Positions 1 through 47,014 of a stretch of DNA of 64,000 bases are shown one piece after another (position 1 is the stretch's first letter; the number at the start of each line of letters is the position of its first letter). Below the pieces are notes generated by a model, which saw nothing but the letters and a program-made list of their open reading frames with translations, was not told the DNA's origin and ran no database searches. The position numbers were made by a program, and so were the translations under genes. Source of the DNA: Takakia lepidozioides (Eukaryota > Plantae > Bryophyta). Location of the stretch: contig CM060732.1 of assembly GCA_030704615.1 (NCBI GenBank), positions 58,900,001 through 58,964,000 on the forward strand, written 5' to 3'.

Positions 1-33520
<33,520 letters not shown>

Positions 33521-34751
33521 AGCCTAGTGAAGATAACCCTTGACCTTGATGCCAGACAATGTAGGACAGGTTTAAAATTACCGCAACTAATTGGGTGCCT
33601 AAGCCATGCCTTCAAAACCAACATGGCTCTGCTACAGGCTAATTCCTTCTCGAGAGTCCTTGTATAATAACCTCTGTTATCGTAGGTAGATATTCTCCAA
33701 AGATAGATTCGCTAGTTATCTCATAGGAGAAGGCATATGGATCCCTGAGTGACCCTGCAAAGTGCCCCCTGCCACAGGGCATTTGGGTTGGGAGCAATTT
33801 TTTATCCTCCAGCCATTTGGATCACTGAATACTGTAAATTTTTAAGTGTGGTTGCCTCCACAGCAAGGTGGCAACCAAGCACCAAATAAGGAAAAGTCGA
33901 GCAGATACTGCTACATAATATTAGCAATGGAATGATAATATCATCTTTACTTTCTCTATAATGAATTCTCAATGCTCTTGAGATCTGTAAGGCTGAAAAG
34001 TCAAATGACATTCGAAAACTTTTGTTTTGCATCTAACTAGAAAAAGGGGGGGCTGCTGCTTCACCTTTGCCCTTCTAAAAGTGAATGGCAAGCAAGGAAA
34101 ATAAGGCCCTTGGCAGCCTTGCAACTTTGCAGTTTCAACTATGTACTTAATAGTTTTGAGGAGGTTCTCACACTACCTTGGGGAGGTAACAACCAAATCG
34201 AACCTGTACCAGCAGTATTGTGTCCTAGACAGAGTCATAAAGAGGTTAAGTTCCGCCCTAAAACTGCAAACTTGACATTAGCTAAGCCATGCAACAACCA
34301 TTCGTCATAAGATTCCAAGAACAACCTTGACCTGCGTGAGAGATGTAAATACTATTAAATAAAAGTGACATTGCACAACACAATGACACCAATTCCAGCT
34401 CAATCATCTCCAAGGTTCCACCTATTACTACAAGATCTGCTGACAAAAGAAGGAAATACCTCGTCATCAATCCCTCAAGGGAGGTCGCCTCCATCATCCA
34501 AGGAGGAGCCTCCACCCTCCATCAATCCATGGGGTCAGAAGAAGGCTCCCATTGTACTGGTTTCACATTGTTTAAAGGTCCGACTAATTTCTCATTTCTT
34601 ATAGGGCTACTCTCGCAGCACCTACACATTTACATGCATGGAAGCCCACTCCCCCACCTACCCCATAAAACATCAAGTATAATTGATGCCGTGATCCGGT
34701 TGAGAATAATGAAACTGTAACCCCCATCTCCTGCCATAGAAGACACAAAAA

Positions 34752-37700
34752 TTACTCTGCTGTCGCAGCTCCTTCCTTGCTGTCGCCAAAGATACGACGT
34801 CGAAAATCGTCTACCATGCGTGGAAGCCCATCCCTCAACGCAACTTTGGGCTCCCATCCTAACATATCCTTGGCCTTGGAAATGTCAGGCTTTCTCATGT
34901 GTGGGTCGTCTGCTGTATTATCTCGGAATTCAATCTTTGCTGCAGAATCTATTACTTCTTTTACCACCTACAATCACCAAGAAAACAGTAAGTTAATGTG
35001 CCAATAAACATGGTTTCTTCACTCCAGAATCGAACTAGAAAAACGCCAGTTACAAATTTCCCCATTCTGTCCGCACAGGAACCACCAAATTTAACTTGTG
35101 GCGTGTTGCCACCATTGGTTTGGTGGGAGATATCATAATGGACCAGATTGAGGGATCACAGAACAAATGTCACCAAAATCTCCCCAAGGCCACAGATACT
35201 TTGCACCATAAAAAAGCTCACCTCTGCAAGCTCCAGCATTGTGAACTCGCCAGGATTTCCCAAATTGAATGGGCCAACATGCTCACTCTCCATCAGTCGC
35301 ATAAGACCTTCAACCTACATGTCACCATCTGGTTCATCACTGCCCAGCCTAAAGTTGCATTCTACAAATCACTCAACTCCAAACAGTGGCATGCGAAACT
35401 TTCCATCTCCACCTATTGAGTGCTTTGTGTTGCAATGAAGGCATTTTGTTGTCACTGGCACTTCTAGAGTGAACAATTGAAGGGCTTTCTCCAAGAATTT
35501 TGAGCAGTCTCCACTGTCAGGTAGAGACCGAGTGATGTGTTGCTGTTTGCCGACCCTCTAAAAGGATGGAAGATATTCCTTCTTGTTTAGTTTAAGGGTT
35601 AGAAAAGGCCACTAAAATCTTGAAATACACAGTACCCTACATCCAAACACTAGTCTGAAACATCACCAGAATAAAACTACGGACACCTCAAACTCACAAC
35701 TGACAATTGTTCCTGGATTGAAAACATGATCCAGATGGACATGTTCCATTCACATATTGGCCATTTACATGAGACTCTATGGCAATACTGAAAAGTACTG
35801 GCAGGTGGGGTGCAATCCCACATGATTTCACATGTGAAGTCAGACGATAACATCTCCTTATTCATTGTGGGTACAAATTCACAGCTGGCCACGACAAGGA
35901 GCAGGTAGACCTGTTCCAGATACTAACAATCAAGCAGACGTGCCCATTTGGCAGTGCACGTACAACTGGGGGGGGCGCCTTAGTTGTAACTCTAGCAATG
36001 GAGCTCCACCTGACTTGTGCAGTGCATATTAACAGAAAATTTGTAGAGGAAGGTGCATTCACATTACTTACCAGATCAGATACATACTGGAAACTCCGAG
36101 TTTGTTTTCCATCACCATAAACCGTCATTGGCTCCTTGCGAAGTGCCTGCAAAATATCACACGTGGTTTCACAGTAAGTCACATTTACAAAAGTAGCCAT
36201 CCACGATTGTACTGGGCCCAAGGCTGCTCCCTTCTTTCCCCTCCCCTCTCTTTTCTCCTCCATCCAAACTATAGCACAGGCCGGGCCCCGACCTTTCTTG
36301 CACGTAAAGCGCTGGCAGGGGATTATTGGCGAGCCCGGGTACATCACCTCTTCCTCCATACCACTCTTTGAGACAATATTGACGCTGTGTCTCTCCTTTG
36401 GGTCAAATTTCTTGAACTCAGTCAATGCAAATCATAAAGGCTTAAGAGACAATCTTGAAGGCAGAACCAATTCTATCTACGCTCATTAGTCAGCTGTTGA
36501 AGCATGCTCCCACCAAAAACCCCCCTGCCCATCAAAGGGTCATGGACCCTGCTGCTTTCCTCTTCATCCCAAAAAGAAACAGGGTCAAATGCTTACGAGG
36601 CTAAAGCAAGCTAAGTCCAATACAAGATAACCGCTCTCCCCACCAATAACTCAAACATCAAAGGTCACGATATAACACTAACAAAGACCTGCGTCAAATT
36701 CACCTATAAATGCTGTGACCAAGAAATACAGAACCAGACATAAGGACAAGGTTCAAACCTGCGCTACAAAATTGCTCACAACTCGTCCATCATCAATACA
36801 CATCCTAGGACCATAGGTGTTGAAAATTCGGGCAATGCGGACCTGCAAATACAACAACAGTATACCATTGCCTGTTCAACTTCTCCCGATTCTCAAATCT
36901 CCGCCTCTCAGTACTTCATAGGAACATGCTACAAAGAATGTGATCAACAGGTAGAGTGCAGTATGTGGAACTGCATGCCCATTCCATAGATGGCAACCAA
37001 AGACTTGATGTATACACAAACTACAATCCTGTGGAGCATAGCATACAGCACAATCAAGGGACATTTCCAAACAAGGTAATAATCATTACTGTAGTCAGCA
37101 ACTCCAAATTATGGCCTTAGAAGCAGGAGACAGTCATCTTCCTGTCACATGCCATGCCTACTATCATAATACTGTCAAAATCAGCATCAATCTGATTAGA
37201 TGGATCTCCAAGTATGCACCTGCACTTCTGCTCCTCTGTGGTAATCCATGGTCAATGTTTCTGCTGTGCGCTTCCCCTCATCATAGCAACTCCGAACCCC
37301 TGCACATTTCACTCAGGAGGTAAGGTAGCCGTTTACAACAAGCTCTCCTTTTCTCAAGATGTGAAACTGCAATCCCATCTACCATGTCAAGGACAATGTT
37401 ATCATTTTGATGGCCAACAGCTTGAAGTGAGGAACAACAGGGCGCTGAAAGACGCTTCACTGTCTCTCTTGTCCAGCAGCCCTTGAGAACCTATAAGAGT
37501 TCTCGTGTCTGTAAAGCAGCAACAACATGTCATATATGCATCTCCACAGATAAAAGCAGAGGTTTCGTCAACAAACCAATGGGATTTACATTCCCCCAGT
37601 ATTCCTCCTTTTGTGGATGCTCCAACGGGTCTCCATACACCTCGCTGGTACTGGTCAGCAAGAAGCGTGCACCCACTCGCTTTGCCAGCCCCAGCATGTT

Positions 37701-39005
37701 GAGTGTCCCAACCACATTGGTCTTGTAAATCAGAGTTAAAGATGTCCCGAGCCAAAAAAGTTAGAAGAACTTAGATCTACAGTAACATATCCAGATTTGG
37801 GAAATAGCCACAGATGGTGTACCACTTTCATCTTCTTTGAAACCAATGGTGCATTTAACTAATGGACTCATTTCGGGCAATCTTGAATGTGAGAATAGTG
37901 TGCAAGATTACACACAGAATTGGTAGTGGCTTCCCCTTGGCTCTCGCTACTACAAAGCACAGAAAGACCATAGTACGATTTTCTTTTTTTTAACTGTTTA
38001 CAGCTGTAAAACTACATCCAGATGGGGTTTGACAACAACGTTAGGAAGTTTCACATCAATAAGAGGGTCCTTCCTGCATGCGTGCAGTCCATTCCTTGGA
38101 AGTTCATCCGCATCGACCAGTCTCACAAGTACATCTGCCTGTCTCGTTCTTTCAGAGTCACCTTAAAGACACGCCCCTCGAAGCAAAGCAGCAAACACAA
38201 GTGCAATAACTTTCATTGGCAAGCTTGAAAACCTGTTTTCGGAACGGACTACAGACACTGCCGGTGGAGCAGCATTTTGGTTCAGCACAGCCCTAAGTGT
38301 AGACTTGGGCTACGGAGCACATTCAATTCCTAATCTAACCCAACCTGCCGCAAAATGCAAACTTTTGAAAAAGGATATGATCGTCTTGACTGGATTGTGC
38401 TTGTAGTGGACAGGCGACGCCGGGCACGCCAGATGGTAGATCTGATCGACTTCCAAGAGCAGTGGTTCCACAACATCGTGGCGGATCAGCTCGAACCGAT
38501 GGTTCCCGAAGTGATGCATCACATTTTCCTTCCTCCCTGTAAAGAAGTTGTCCACCACAATGACATTGTCTCCCCTTGCCATCAGCTTGTCTACAAGATG
38601 GCTGCCGACAAACCCTGCGCCTCCGGTCACCACCACTCGCAACGGTTTCCTTTTCAAGCCAAGAGGGACTTTGGCCCCGGGGCTGATGAATGGCAGTTGT
38701 TGCTTCCCAATCAACAATCTTTCGTATGATTTCCGGTAGCTATCATCAATCTCATTCGAAGCCTTAGAAGGTATGATCTTAACCGACTCGGCTACGAACT
38801 GTGGCGCAGGAACGAACAAATGAGGCTGAAGAAGAAAGACGGCACTTGCAATTGCCATCCCTACCAGAATAAACATGAGCCGCTGTTCTCTTAGCAGATA
38901 CTCCAACGGCTTCGACAAGGCCCAGGGCTTTTCAGGTTTTGGCGAGTATGCGTCGGCTTGTTGAGCGCTCTCATGCCGCCTATGATTTAAACTCATGTTC
39001 ACCAT
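34752..39005 (-). CDS. UXS: UDP-glucuronate decarboxylase / UDP-xylose synthase, N-terminally membrane-anchored type
   Basis: Exons (minus): 39005-38379, 37724-37577, 37299-37220, 36842-36759, 36146-36072, 35314-35222, 34967-34752 (TAA). TM segment [17 protein letters not shown], Rossmann [26 protein letters not shown], catalytic [25 protein letters not shown]. Start at ATG 39005 (ATG 38996 is an alternative). Confidence 0.96.
37725..38378 (-). other. U12-type (minor spliceosome) AT-AC intron in UXS
   Basis: 5' site ATATCCTTT; branch-site-like TCTTTAAC 10 nt before the terminal AC. Removal restores PVKTI|KTNVVGT in frame. Confidence 0.92.
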
Positions 39006-41668
39006 TGTTCCCTTTTTCTCCTTCACAGATCAGCTAGCAAGCCTAGCAAGTGTAATACATCAACGCTTCGTCAGGCTATGAAACATATACCAAGCCTCTC
39101 TGAGTTCAGTACCAGTTTCACATGCGCCGCGCGCCACACAGAGCTCTTCAATGTTCACCTCAGAAGCGACCTTGCAGACCTACTTGGAAACAAGAAAACA
39201 CGCGTCTCCAGCTCCGCTCCCCTTACCTAAGCAGGAAACTTTGACAGCACGTGAAAGCAGTCGCTAATTTTGTGCAGACTCATTTGCTATTTAGAACGTC
39301 CAAGAATGGCTAGCTGTAGGCGCACATCAGCAGGCAAACAGAAGACGCCGGGCCAGGGGTTGCAGCTAAGTTAGCAAGTCCAGGGGGAGGTATGTAATCG
39401 GGGAGGGCGACGGCAGCAGACAGCCCGACGACGTGCAGGCAGCACGGCAGCGCTGCATTTACTTGGCCCGTCGCAGCGATCTCAGAAATCGCAGGAGCCT
39501 CCATCGTGCCAGGATCGCACAACATGCCTTATAAAAACCTAACCCGCGATCCTGATTCCCACAAACGTGGCAACAGACTCTCTTTCTTTTGTTCACCTTC
39601 CACCCCCACCGTCTTGTTTTCGCTTTTCGTCCAATCCCTTTTAGGGTTTCTTGGTTTCGGTTATCTGTTGGACCCAACCAACCAAGAAACAAGGATCCTA
39701 AATCCCTGTTGCAGAGGAAAGCAGGGATCCTGAATTTTATTTTATTTTTAAGAGAAAGGGGTACGGACCCCTGTTATTTTTATTTTTTTATTTTTTTGTT
39801 GATTGAATTGAAGAACGAGGAAAAAATAACCTCGCAAAGAGCCATCAGGCAGTACAATGTGGGGAACTGAATTTCCATGATGCGCGCATCGGCAGTGGAA
39901 ATGAAACAAGAAACTTCACAACTCGCAACCTAGGCCGGAATTCCAGAGAACAAAATACCGTAGTACATGGGCCATTTCAACACTCCTATGTCGAATATTT
40001 ATTTTATTTTGAGAATTTCATTTCGATATATGGAATATTCTCAAAGATGCTTTATTATCCTACACAAAGTTGCTTAATTTCACAAAATCAATTTCCAAAA
40101 ATTTTGACAAACTTTGAAATATTAAAATTTGTGTCGAAATGGCCCCTATATTACGGTATACGATTGACAGATTGTTTTCTTGCGGAGTGGCCTTTTAGTA
40201 AGGTGATTCTTTCAAAGAATGCAATAAATAAAACCAAATATAATAAGCTAGATTGTCTTGTAAACACAATTGGCAAGATAACAAGATACCCATTACTAGA
40301 GGCTTTTGTCTACCAATATTGTCTTGTTTTTTCTACCTGGTGGGGTCTCATTTCAGTGGTGTCATGTAGGAGTCAATCCGCGGTCAAGGAGGGTGATGGC
40401 ATCAGTAGGATACACAATGCAGAGGATCCCAGCGCCCAGTAATTCATCTAGGTAGTCAAAAGAATTAGTTGCATGAATGGCATTGATGGAAATCTAGGTT
40501 AAATTTCTCTACTATATGTTGTCATGATACTGATGGCCGACTTGGACCGTTCTCTTACCTCTGAGTTGTCAAAAATGGCGATGAAACAAAAGAACCGGGT
40601 CACCAAGAAAACCAGTGGGGTGCTTGCTCACCAACAGCTTGCAATCCTAAGTATGCGCAAAAAGAACCCCAAGACAGCAAGACAACCAGTTGGCAAATTG
40701 CTGGAATTTGTATCCATTGTGAAATGGATGCTAATGCTTGAGCTTGCAAATTGTTGGTGTATTGGATTAGCTTGCAAAACCCTAAGTGATTTAAGACATC
40801 TTTAAAGTCCATGAAGCTCGCTTGGTTTGCATGCTAAGGTGATCCTGTAAAAGGCGCCCACTGAGTATTCTAGGATTTCCTGCTTGGACATGTAGAAGTT
40901 GACCACGAAATAGTTGATGTGTGAATCTTATGTCTGCAATTTAATTATTGAGGTACTACTATAGGATGACATGGGTTCGTAGATGCCTGCTATTTATTTT
41001 ATTTTTAAAGGGTAATTATTTCTGGAAATTTTTAAAATAGATGCCATATTGAGGGCAGCCTCATATTATCCACATTGAGTGAGAATTTCTGGATTTGTGT
41101 TTAGGGGAAACACATGGGAGCAACCGCTCACAAATCAGGCCATGAGAAATTGTTGGCGAAAGTTAGCACCAAGTTTGAGACGCTAAATTTAATGTATTAC
41201 AGCAAAATAAACAAGAATATCACATTAAATACCAGTTTATTACACTTCATAATGATAGAAGTCTTCGGCCTCCCCTGACTTGGACTCGGCAGATATAAAC
41301 TGGAAGCACATAAGGAGGGGGTCTAAATCTAAGTTGATCTTCCTCAGATAGAAATCTTCCAAGTTTCGCTCCTTGGCCGTTTTGGCATGTGCTCTTATTG
41401 TTCGTCGTTCCGTTCGGTTCCTCTGCTCTAGGGCACCTCTCTCTCATGGAGGTTTTCAATGCTATGAACTAATCCCAGATTAGCTCTCTGCACTATGGGC
41501 AAATCTTGCAACCAATAATAGAAGGGTCTACATGCGTAGTCAGGTCTATTTTTCACTCATCGTTGGAATCTCCAACACGGTCCCTTGTGTTAAGCCTCAT
41601 GGCAATATGTAAGGGTTTAATTTTTTCCCTTTTTAATAAATTTCCAGGGCCTCTCATTCCTGTTGGTA

Positions 41669-41669
<1 letters not shown>

Positions 41670-41699
<30 letters not shown>

Positions 41700-41716
41700 G
41701 TAATAATAGTAATAAT
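41670..41716. repeat. (AAT)n microsatellite
   Basis: Imperfect run of AAT/AAC/AGT triplets. Confidence 0.9.
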
Positions 41717-42529
41717 AGAAGAAAAAACAGATGAGTATCATTGTTTACGAAACAGTCATTTCATCAAACTATTATATTGTACACCACAGCAGGATGCTAT
41801 ATTTTCGACCATCCATTTTCCTCTTTTTCCAGTTGAAGGTGACATGTTTCGCTACTACCAAAATAAATCATCGAGTCGATTCAAAAATCGATTTTTTGTA
41901 CTCCTTTCAAGTCATTGAACTATTTACTTTTATTGAGTTGAAGGATTTTGAGAAAATGGTTAGGTTGTATGCTTTCTACATCTCAAATAAAAAATAAAAA
42001 TGCATGTGGCCTAATAGATGACACGTGGCTGAAATATGGCAACTTCCAGTTGATCTCCAAACTGACTGCAGTAGACCAGGTAGCCCAGTAGTTGGGAATT
42101 TTGGCCTTGCCTGTGTATAACCTAGGTGATCTAGGGTTCAAAGTCTCCACCTTCAAATGGAGCGCAGTAGTCCCTAGGATGAAGAGATACGAAAAGTCGT
42201 CCTTTTCTTTTTCCAAAATGACCACAAAAATGCATGTGACAATATTATATGGTCTTACAAAGTGACACATAAACGAGTTCCGAAATGATCTCATATGCAT
42301 ATTAGCCAGTATCTATGAAGACCTCTACATAATGGCGTCGCGAAGTCATTGCACACTAATCAAGATACCCACTAAACATGACGTGTAAATTAATCATGAT
42401 TTTGTCATAAAAAATGCAGTGTGTATTTGTCCAAATTTCTAAAACAATTGTTAGCTTAATTTGTGGGCGGCCATGGGCTCCCAAGTGTTTCCCCTTGGTA
42501 TGATTTGCACCCTACAGACACGGATCCTT

Positions 42530-43195
42530 GTGTCTACTCCACTCGGCACCCACCCCTCCTAATTATAACTTTTTTGTTGACGATAGTTTGGGATGTTGCA
42601 TACACTCCGACAAGCTCCAAAGTATGATATCACACGTAGAACGAGAATTTCAAGTTTCTACATCTAGTGCTGATATCTATGCACTGGGTCTGCACATCAT
42701 TAGAGATCGTGCCCACAAGCTCTTATGGATTGATCAATCCCTCTACATCAAGAGAATTTTGAGACGATTAGGTTTTCACCATTGTTCTCCTATCACGTCC
42801 ACTCCAGCGGGACCCAACATCCGGCTTGATGACACCTCAGATATTCTTGAAGATCCGGACCCCTCTTTCCCTTGTGCAGAAGCAGTAGTTTGCAATCCGC
42901 TCAAATGGGTAGCAATCCGGACATATCTTATGCAGTTAATACAATGGTCAAGGTTTCCTTTAAGCCACGAAAGTCTCACTACCTTGCAGTCAAACACATT
43001 TTCAGATATCTCTCTAGCACTATTCATTTGGATTTATGCTACGATGGGAACATTGGCACAAATCTCATAGAGGCTTATGCAGACACTGACTACGCGGCAG
43101 AGTTACAGATCGTAAATCAAGAAGCGGTTGTATAATACTTTTGAACCAAGGTCCTGTCATATGGTGTAGTCGCAAACAAGCTTGTGCTACATCAT
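42530..43195 (+). pseudogene. Ty1/Copia RT-RNase H remnant
   Basis: FFVDD (YVDD-like), LGLHIIRDR, IDQSLYI, PDISYAV, AVKHIFRYL, AYADTDYA, WCSRKQ; frameshifted. Confidence 0.8.
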
Positions 43196-43989
43196 TGTTT
43201 TTGTTGCCATTGTGGCACGAAAAGAGTTGTAGAGTCTAGGGCGCGTCTGGCAAGCAATCAACCAAGCAATCGCAATCTGTTGAAATCAGAGATTATGCGA
43301 AGATAACAATGATAGCATTATTATTGAGCCACAGAGCACCAGTTGCAAAGAGCTTGGTCAAGCCAGTTCCGACTTATGAGTGCATTGTTAATTAGAAGCC
43401 CATGAAGAGTGTCAATGTGTTGCATGGAAAGGCTTACTTGAGAAAATACTATCCTGCGCAGTGGAGGACATATAACAATAACATGAGACTGATTAGGGAA
43501 TGGTTTAGTGATTGAGAAAACCCCAAACTTCAGGGTTTCTTCACTACCAACCTGCGACATGATGAAAAATGTCAAGAAGAGGTAAAAAAAAGTACATTCA
43601 AGAAAGAGAAATCTCTCTAGCTGCTTTCCTCTTTGATCATGAAGGGACCACAATACAGATGCGCTGGAAGACAGAAAACATCTTCCAAAAGTTCAAGGAG
43701 TTTAAACACTCCAAGAACACAATTCCCCCTTGTAAAAGCTCTGGCACAGAGTTGGGAAAGAAAATGGCAGAGAGTAGAGAGCTGGGAATAAAGAAAATGT
43801 CATAGAGTACAGAGCTAGGAAAGAAAACTGCAGAGAGTACAGAGACACATGAGGTTTCTTTCCTTACCATCCTCAATGGTTTTCTTTAAGCTCCACTAGT
43901 GAGACCCCGGGAGCATGTGGCTCAAGATTTCTGAACTTCATGAGGTGAAGGCTCCATCTCGCAGGCTCATGATCAGGAACAGCCTACCT

Positions 43990-44685
43990 ATCTTAAGATG
44001 GAATAAGACTCCTCCATGGAGCAAAACCGCACGCGGGGAATCACGCGAGAACACTCCCTTTCAAAAAACAATACAGGGGAGGAAGCACTGGAAATTGAAG
44101 TATAAACCAACAATCTCAATTTCAGCTTTCTTTTTTTTTGTTTCAAGAAAGGGGACAGGAACCCCGAAAAAAGCATTTAAAGGTGAGGAAAAGATATGGG
44201 TGGCTGCCCCATGGCTTGACATGCCTTCATGGCTCTTCAGGTTTTTATTTTCCTCACCTTTCATTGATGCTTTCATTTTTTTTTCATTTTTTGTTTCTCC
44301 ATGGAGACATTTCTTGAGACTGTATCTGACCTCTTGATTCAGCTTGCAGGTTTGGTGAGAAAATCGAAGACGACATTGTGGTTGAAATGGTGCTCAATGC
44401 TTTACCAGAAAGCTATGAATACTATGTCCAATCCGTTCTCAGCCAAAGGGACCTTCCCACCATGGAGGAAATCACAGCCAATTTTTTGCATGAGGAAAGC
44501 ACGGGGAGCTCAAGGGAAAGAAGGTGAAGGACACCGAGGCACTTTTCGTCAAGTTTCGGAAAATGCAGGGACCCAGCCGGCAGTTTGGTGACAAACGTGC
44601 CTTCGGAGTCAAGCACGACAAGAAACACTCAGCATGCAATCAACGCTACAAAAGTGGTCACTGGGCCAAAGATTGTGTTGTTCCC
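43990..44685 (+). pseudogene. Ty1/Copia gag remnant
   Basis: METFLETVSDLLIQLAG..EMVLNALPESYEYYV and a knuckle-like C....KSGHWAKDC; frameshifted. Confidence 0.6.
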
Positions 44686-45430
44686 TACAGGTCTAGTGTT
44701 CGTGAGATAAACCAACTTGCCCACTTTCCTTCGATATTCGGTCACATTAGAGGGAGGTGTGCCCATGTCCAGCGTTAACTTTAAATTTTCAATCATAGGC
44801 ACAGAGTGAGGATTACAGTTTGAGAAACCAAATTCCTCAAGCATCTATCTGACATACCCCTCTGAGTGATCATGATGCCTTCATCGAGATGAAGGAACCT
44901 CGAAAGAACTTGGCTGCAACGTAAAGTTGAATCAAGCCAAGATCAATCATGTCATACTGAAGCTTGAGTTGGTCCTGTAGCCAAGTTATCTTCGTTGTAT
45001 GGCTGCCTGTTAGGAGTACGTAGATCGTCAACATAGAGGATTAATAACACTATCAGCCCATTTTCCTTGAGAATCTGAGGTTATAATCCGCATGAGACCT
45101 ATCAAGACCCTGTGACTTAAGGCATGCGTCTATCTTGGCAATATACCAGGCCCTGGGAGCTTGTTTTAAACCATAGAGAGCTTTCAGCAGCTTACATATC
45201 TTAGTTTCATTCCCAGGCTCTTGAAATCCCTCCGGTTGTTTCATGAAGACTTCCTCCTTGAGTTCCCCATTCAAGAACGTCGTCTTGACATTAAGAGGAA
45301 AAATTTCTCATCCTGGGTGTGCTGCCAAAGCAACAATGGACCGGATGGTTGCCCATTTCACTGCGGGAGCAAAGGTCTCATCATAATCGATGCCTTCTCG
45401 TTGCAAAAATCGTCGTGCCACGAGGTGAGC
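44686..45430 (-). pseudogene. Ty1/Copia RT remnant, interrupted at 45431 by the Gypsy-MTase element
   Basis: Minus translations [65 protein letters not shown]. Confidence 0.88.
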
Positions 45431-45747
45431 TGTCAAGTTATTTTACCACTAGTGTGAAGTTAGCTAGGAAATAACTAGCTTTTATATATTGACATTTGGG
45501 ATTGACCCAAGTGTCAATCCAGGGGCCAATACATGTTTGGGCACCTGACGTTGTTATCTTCATGGCAGATCGCGGTGGGCTCATCTTTCTCGAGTTGAGC
45601 CTCACTGCGTCTAGCTATGGCGCCGTAGTGTGGATTCCCCATGGCGTGGGGTGCAATTGGCTCGACTTAATATATGAGTGATGTTTCCATGTGCAAGTAT
45701 GTGAGTTTGAGAGAGCTTGTGTGCTTGTAATATTCTTTTCTTTATCA
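45431..45747 (+). repeat. 5' terminal repeat (A segment) of copy 1
   Basis: Begins TGTCA, ends TATCA, contains the GGCTCA/TGAGCC hairpin, and is followed by a self-complementary PBS (45748-45759). Same architecture as 52530-52950 but different primary sequence. Confidence 0.75.
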
Positions 45748-47014
45748 CTCGAGAAAGATTAGCTCGAGTCTGTGAGTGCCAGGTTCGAGTTAGTTGTAGC
45801 ACTTGTGTTTTCAGATCATGAGAAACAGTTCAGCCTAGAGTGCAGGGATCCGTGCATGAGCCTATCCAAAGCGGATAGAGTGCAAAGGCGAACAGGTTGC
45901 AGGTTTGCAATGGATAGAGAGGCGGTCAGTGTTGCATAGCTCAACGTTCTGGCAACTGAGTATGCGGTTCTAGTGTGAAGCGGAGGAGATGCTGGCCACA
46001 AGTGGGCGAACTGGTGGTCGTCTTCTTCAGCTGTAGGCCGAGTTAAGGAGCTGAAGAAATGTGAGCTGCGCATGGGAAGCTAGCATGTTGCAGGTTGGAG
46101 ATGATATGATCAGCTCCACGTATTTCGGTTAGAAACTAGTTGTTGCGGGTAGATGAGGAGCAACCGAATGGTGGAGCTGCGAGGGGATGCATCGCAACCC
46201 ATTGGGAGCTTCAGCTCCAAGCTCATGAAGAGGTATGAGTGAAGAGAGGGAGCTGGTCCCTCTTGTGTGCAAATCAGTGCACTTGTGAAGCATGTGCTGA
46301 GTTGGAGTTTCAATCTGAAACTCAGCAGTGTAAGGGCTCTTGGAGTGGCAAGAGTGGGGCAGGAAGGGCAGCAGCGAGGCGTCCTAGAGCCAGGGGATAT
46401 GCATGAGAAGTGCATGTGCACCAAGTTTGTAAATGTGTGTATTTTCAGATTCGTTTTTGCGAGCTTCATGAAGAAATGGAGCTTGTTGGGCAGCATATTG
46501 CTTGCTTGTTGAGTTTAGGGTGCCTCTAGTGGGTTGTGAGAGCCCAAGAGAGCATGGCAGCAGGCCTGGTGGCTTCGCAGAAGCCATAGCTCGGCGGCAG
46601 CAGGTGCAGGAGCAAACCCTAGTTCCAGAAGAGCTCGAGAACGCATGGGAACTCGTTGGGAGTTCCAGGGAACGCAAGGAATAGTGGCCGTGATGGGCCG
46701 TTGGGGCGGTATCACGAGATACCACGAGCCCAGGTCGTGACTGTTGACCGTGACCGTTGGAAGCCGTGGTGCGGACACAACGGGTGGGCACGGTGACCAG
46801 ATCGTGGGGATGGCGGGCCGTGAAGGCTCGTGGGAGTGGTACCACGGGGTATCACGGGGCAGCCCGTGGCCAACGAGCGCCTAGGGCGGGCCGTGAGGAG
46901 TCGTGGCGGTTGGAGCCACGGAAGGCCGTGAACAGGCGGAGTGAAAATAAAATAAAATAAATAAATAAATAAAAATCACTCGTTTCGTGGGACCTTGATG
47001 GGGAGGCTGGGCTG

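Noticed and set aside
42070-42185. tRNA gene or tRNA-derived SINE
   Set aside because: Only weak A/B-box-like words; no cloverleaf and no second copy in the window.
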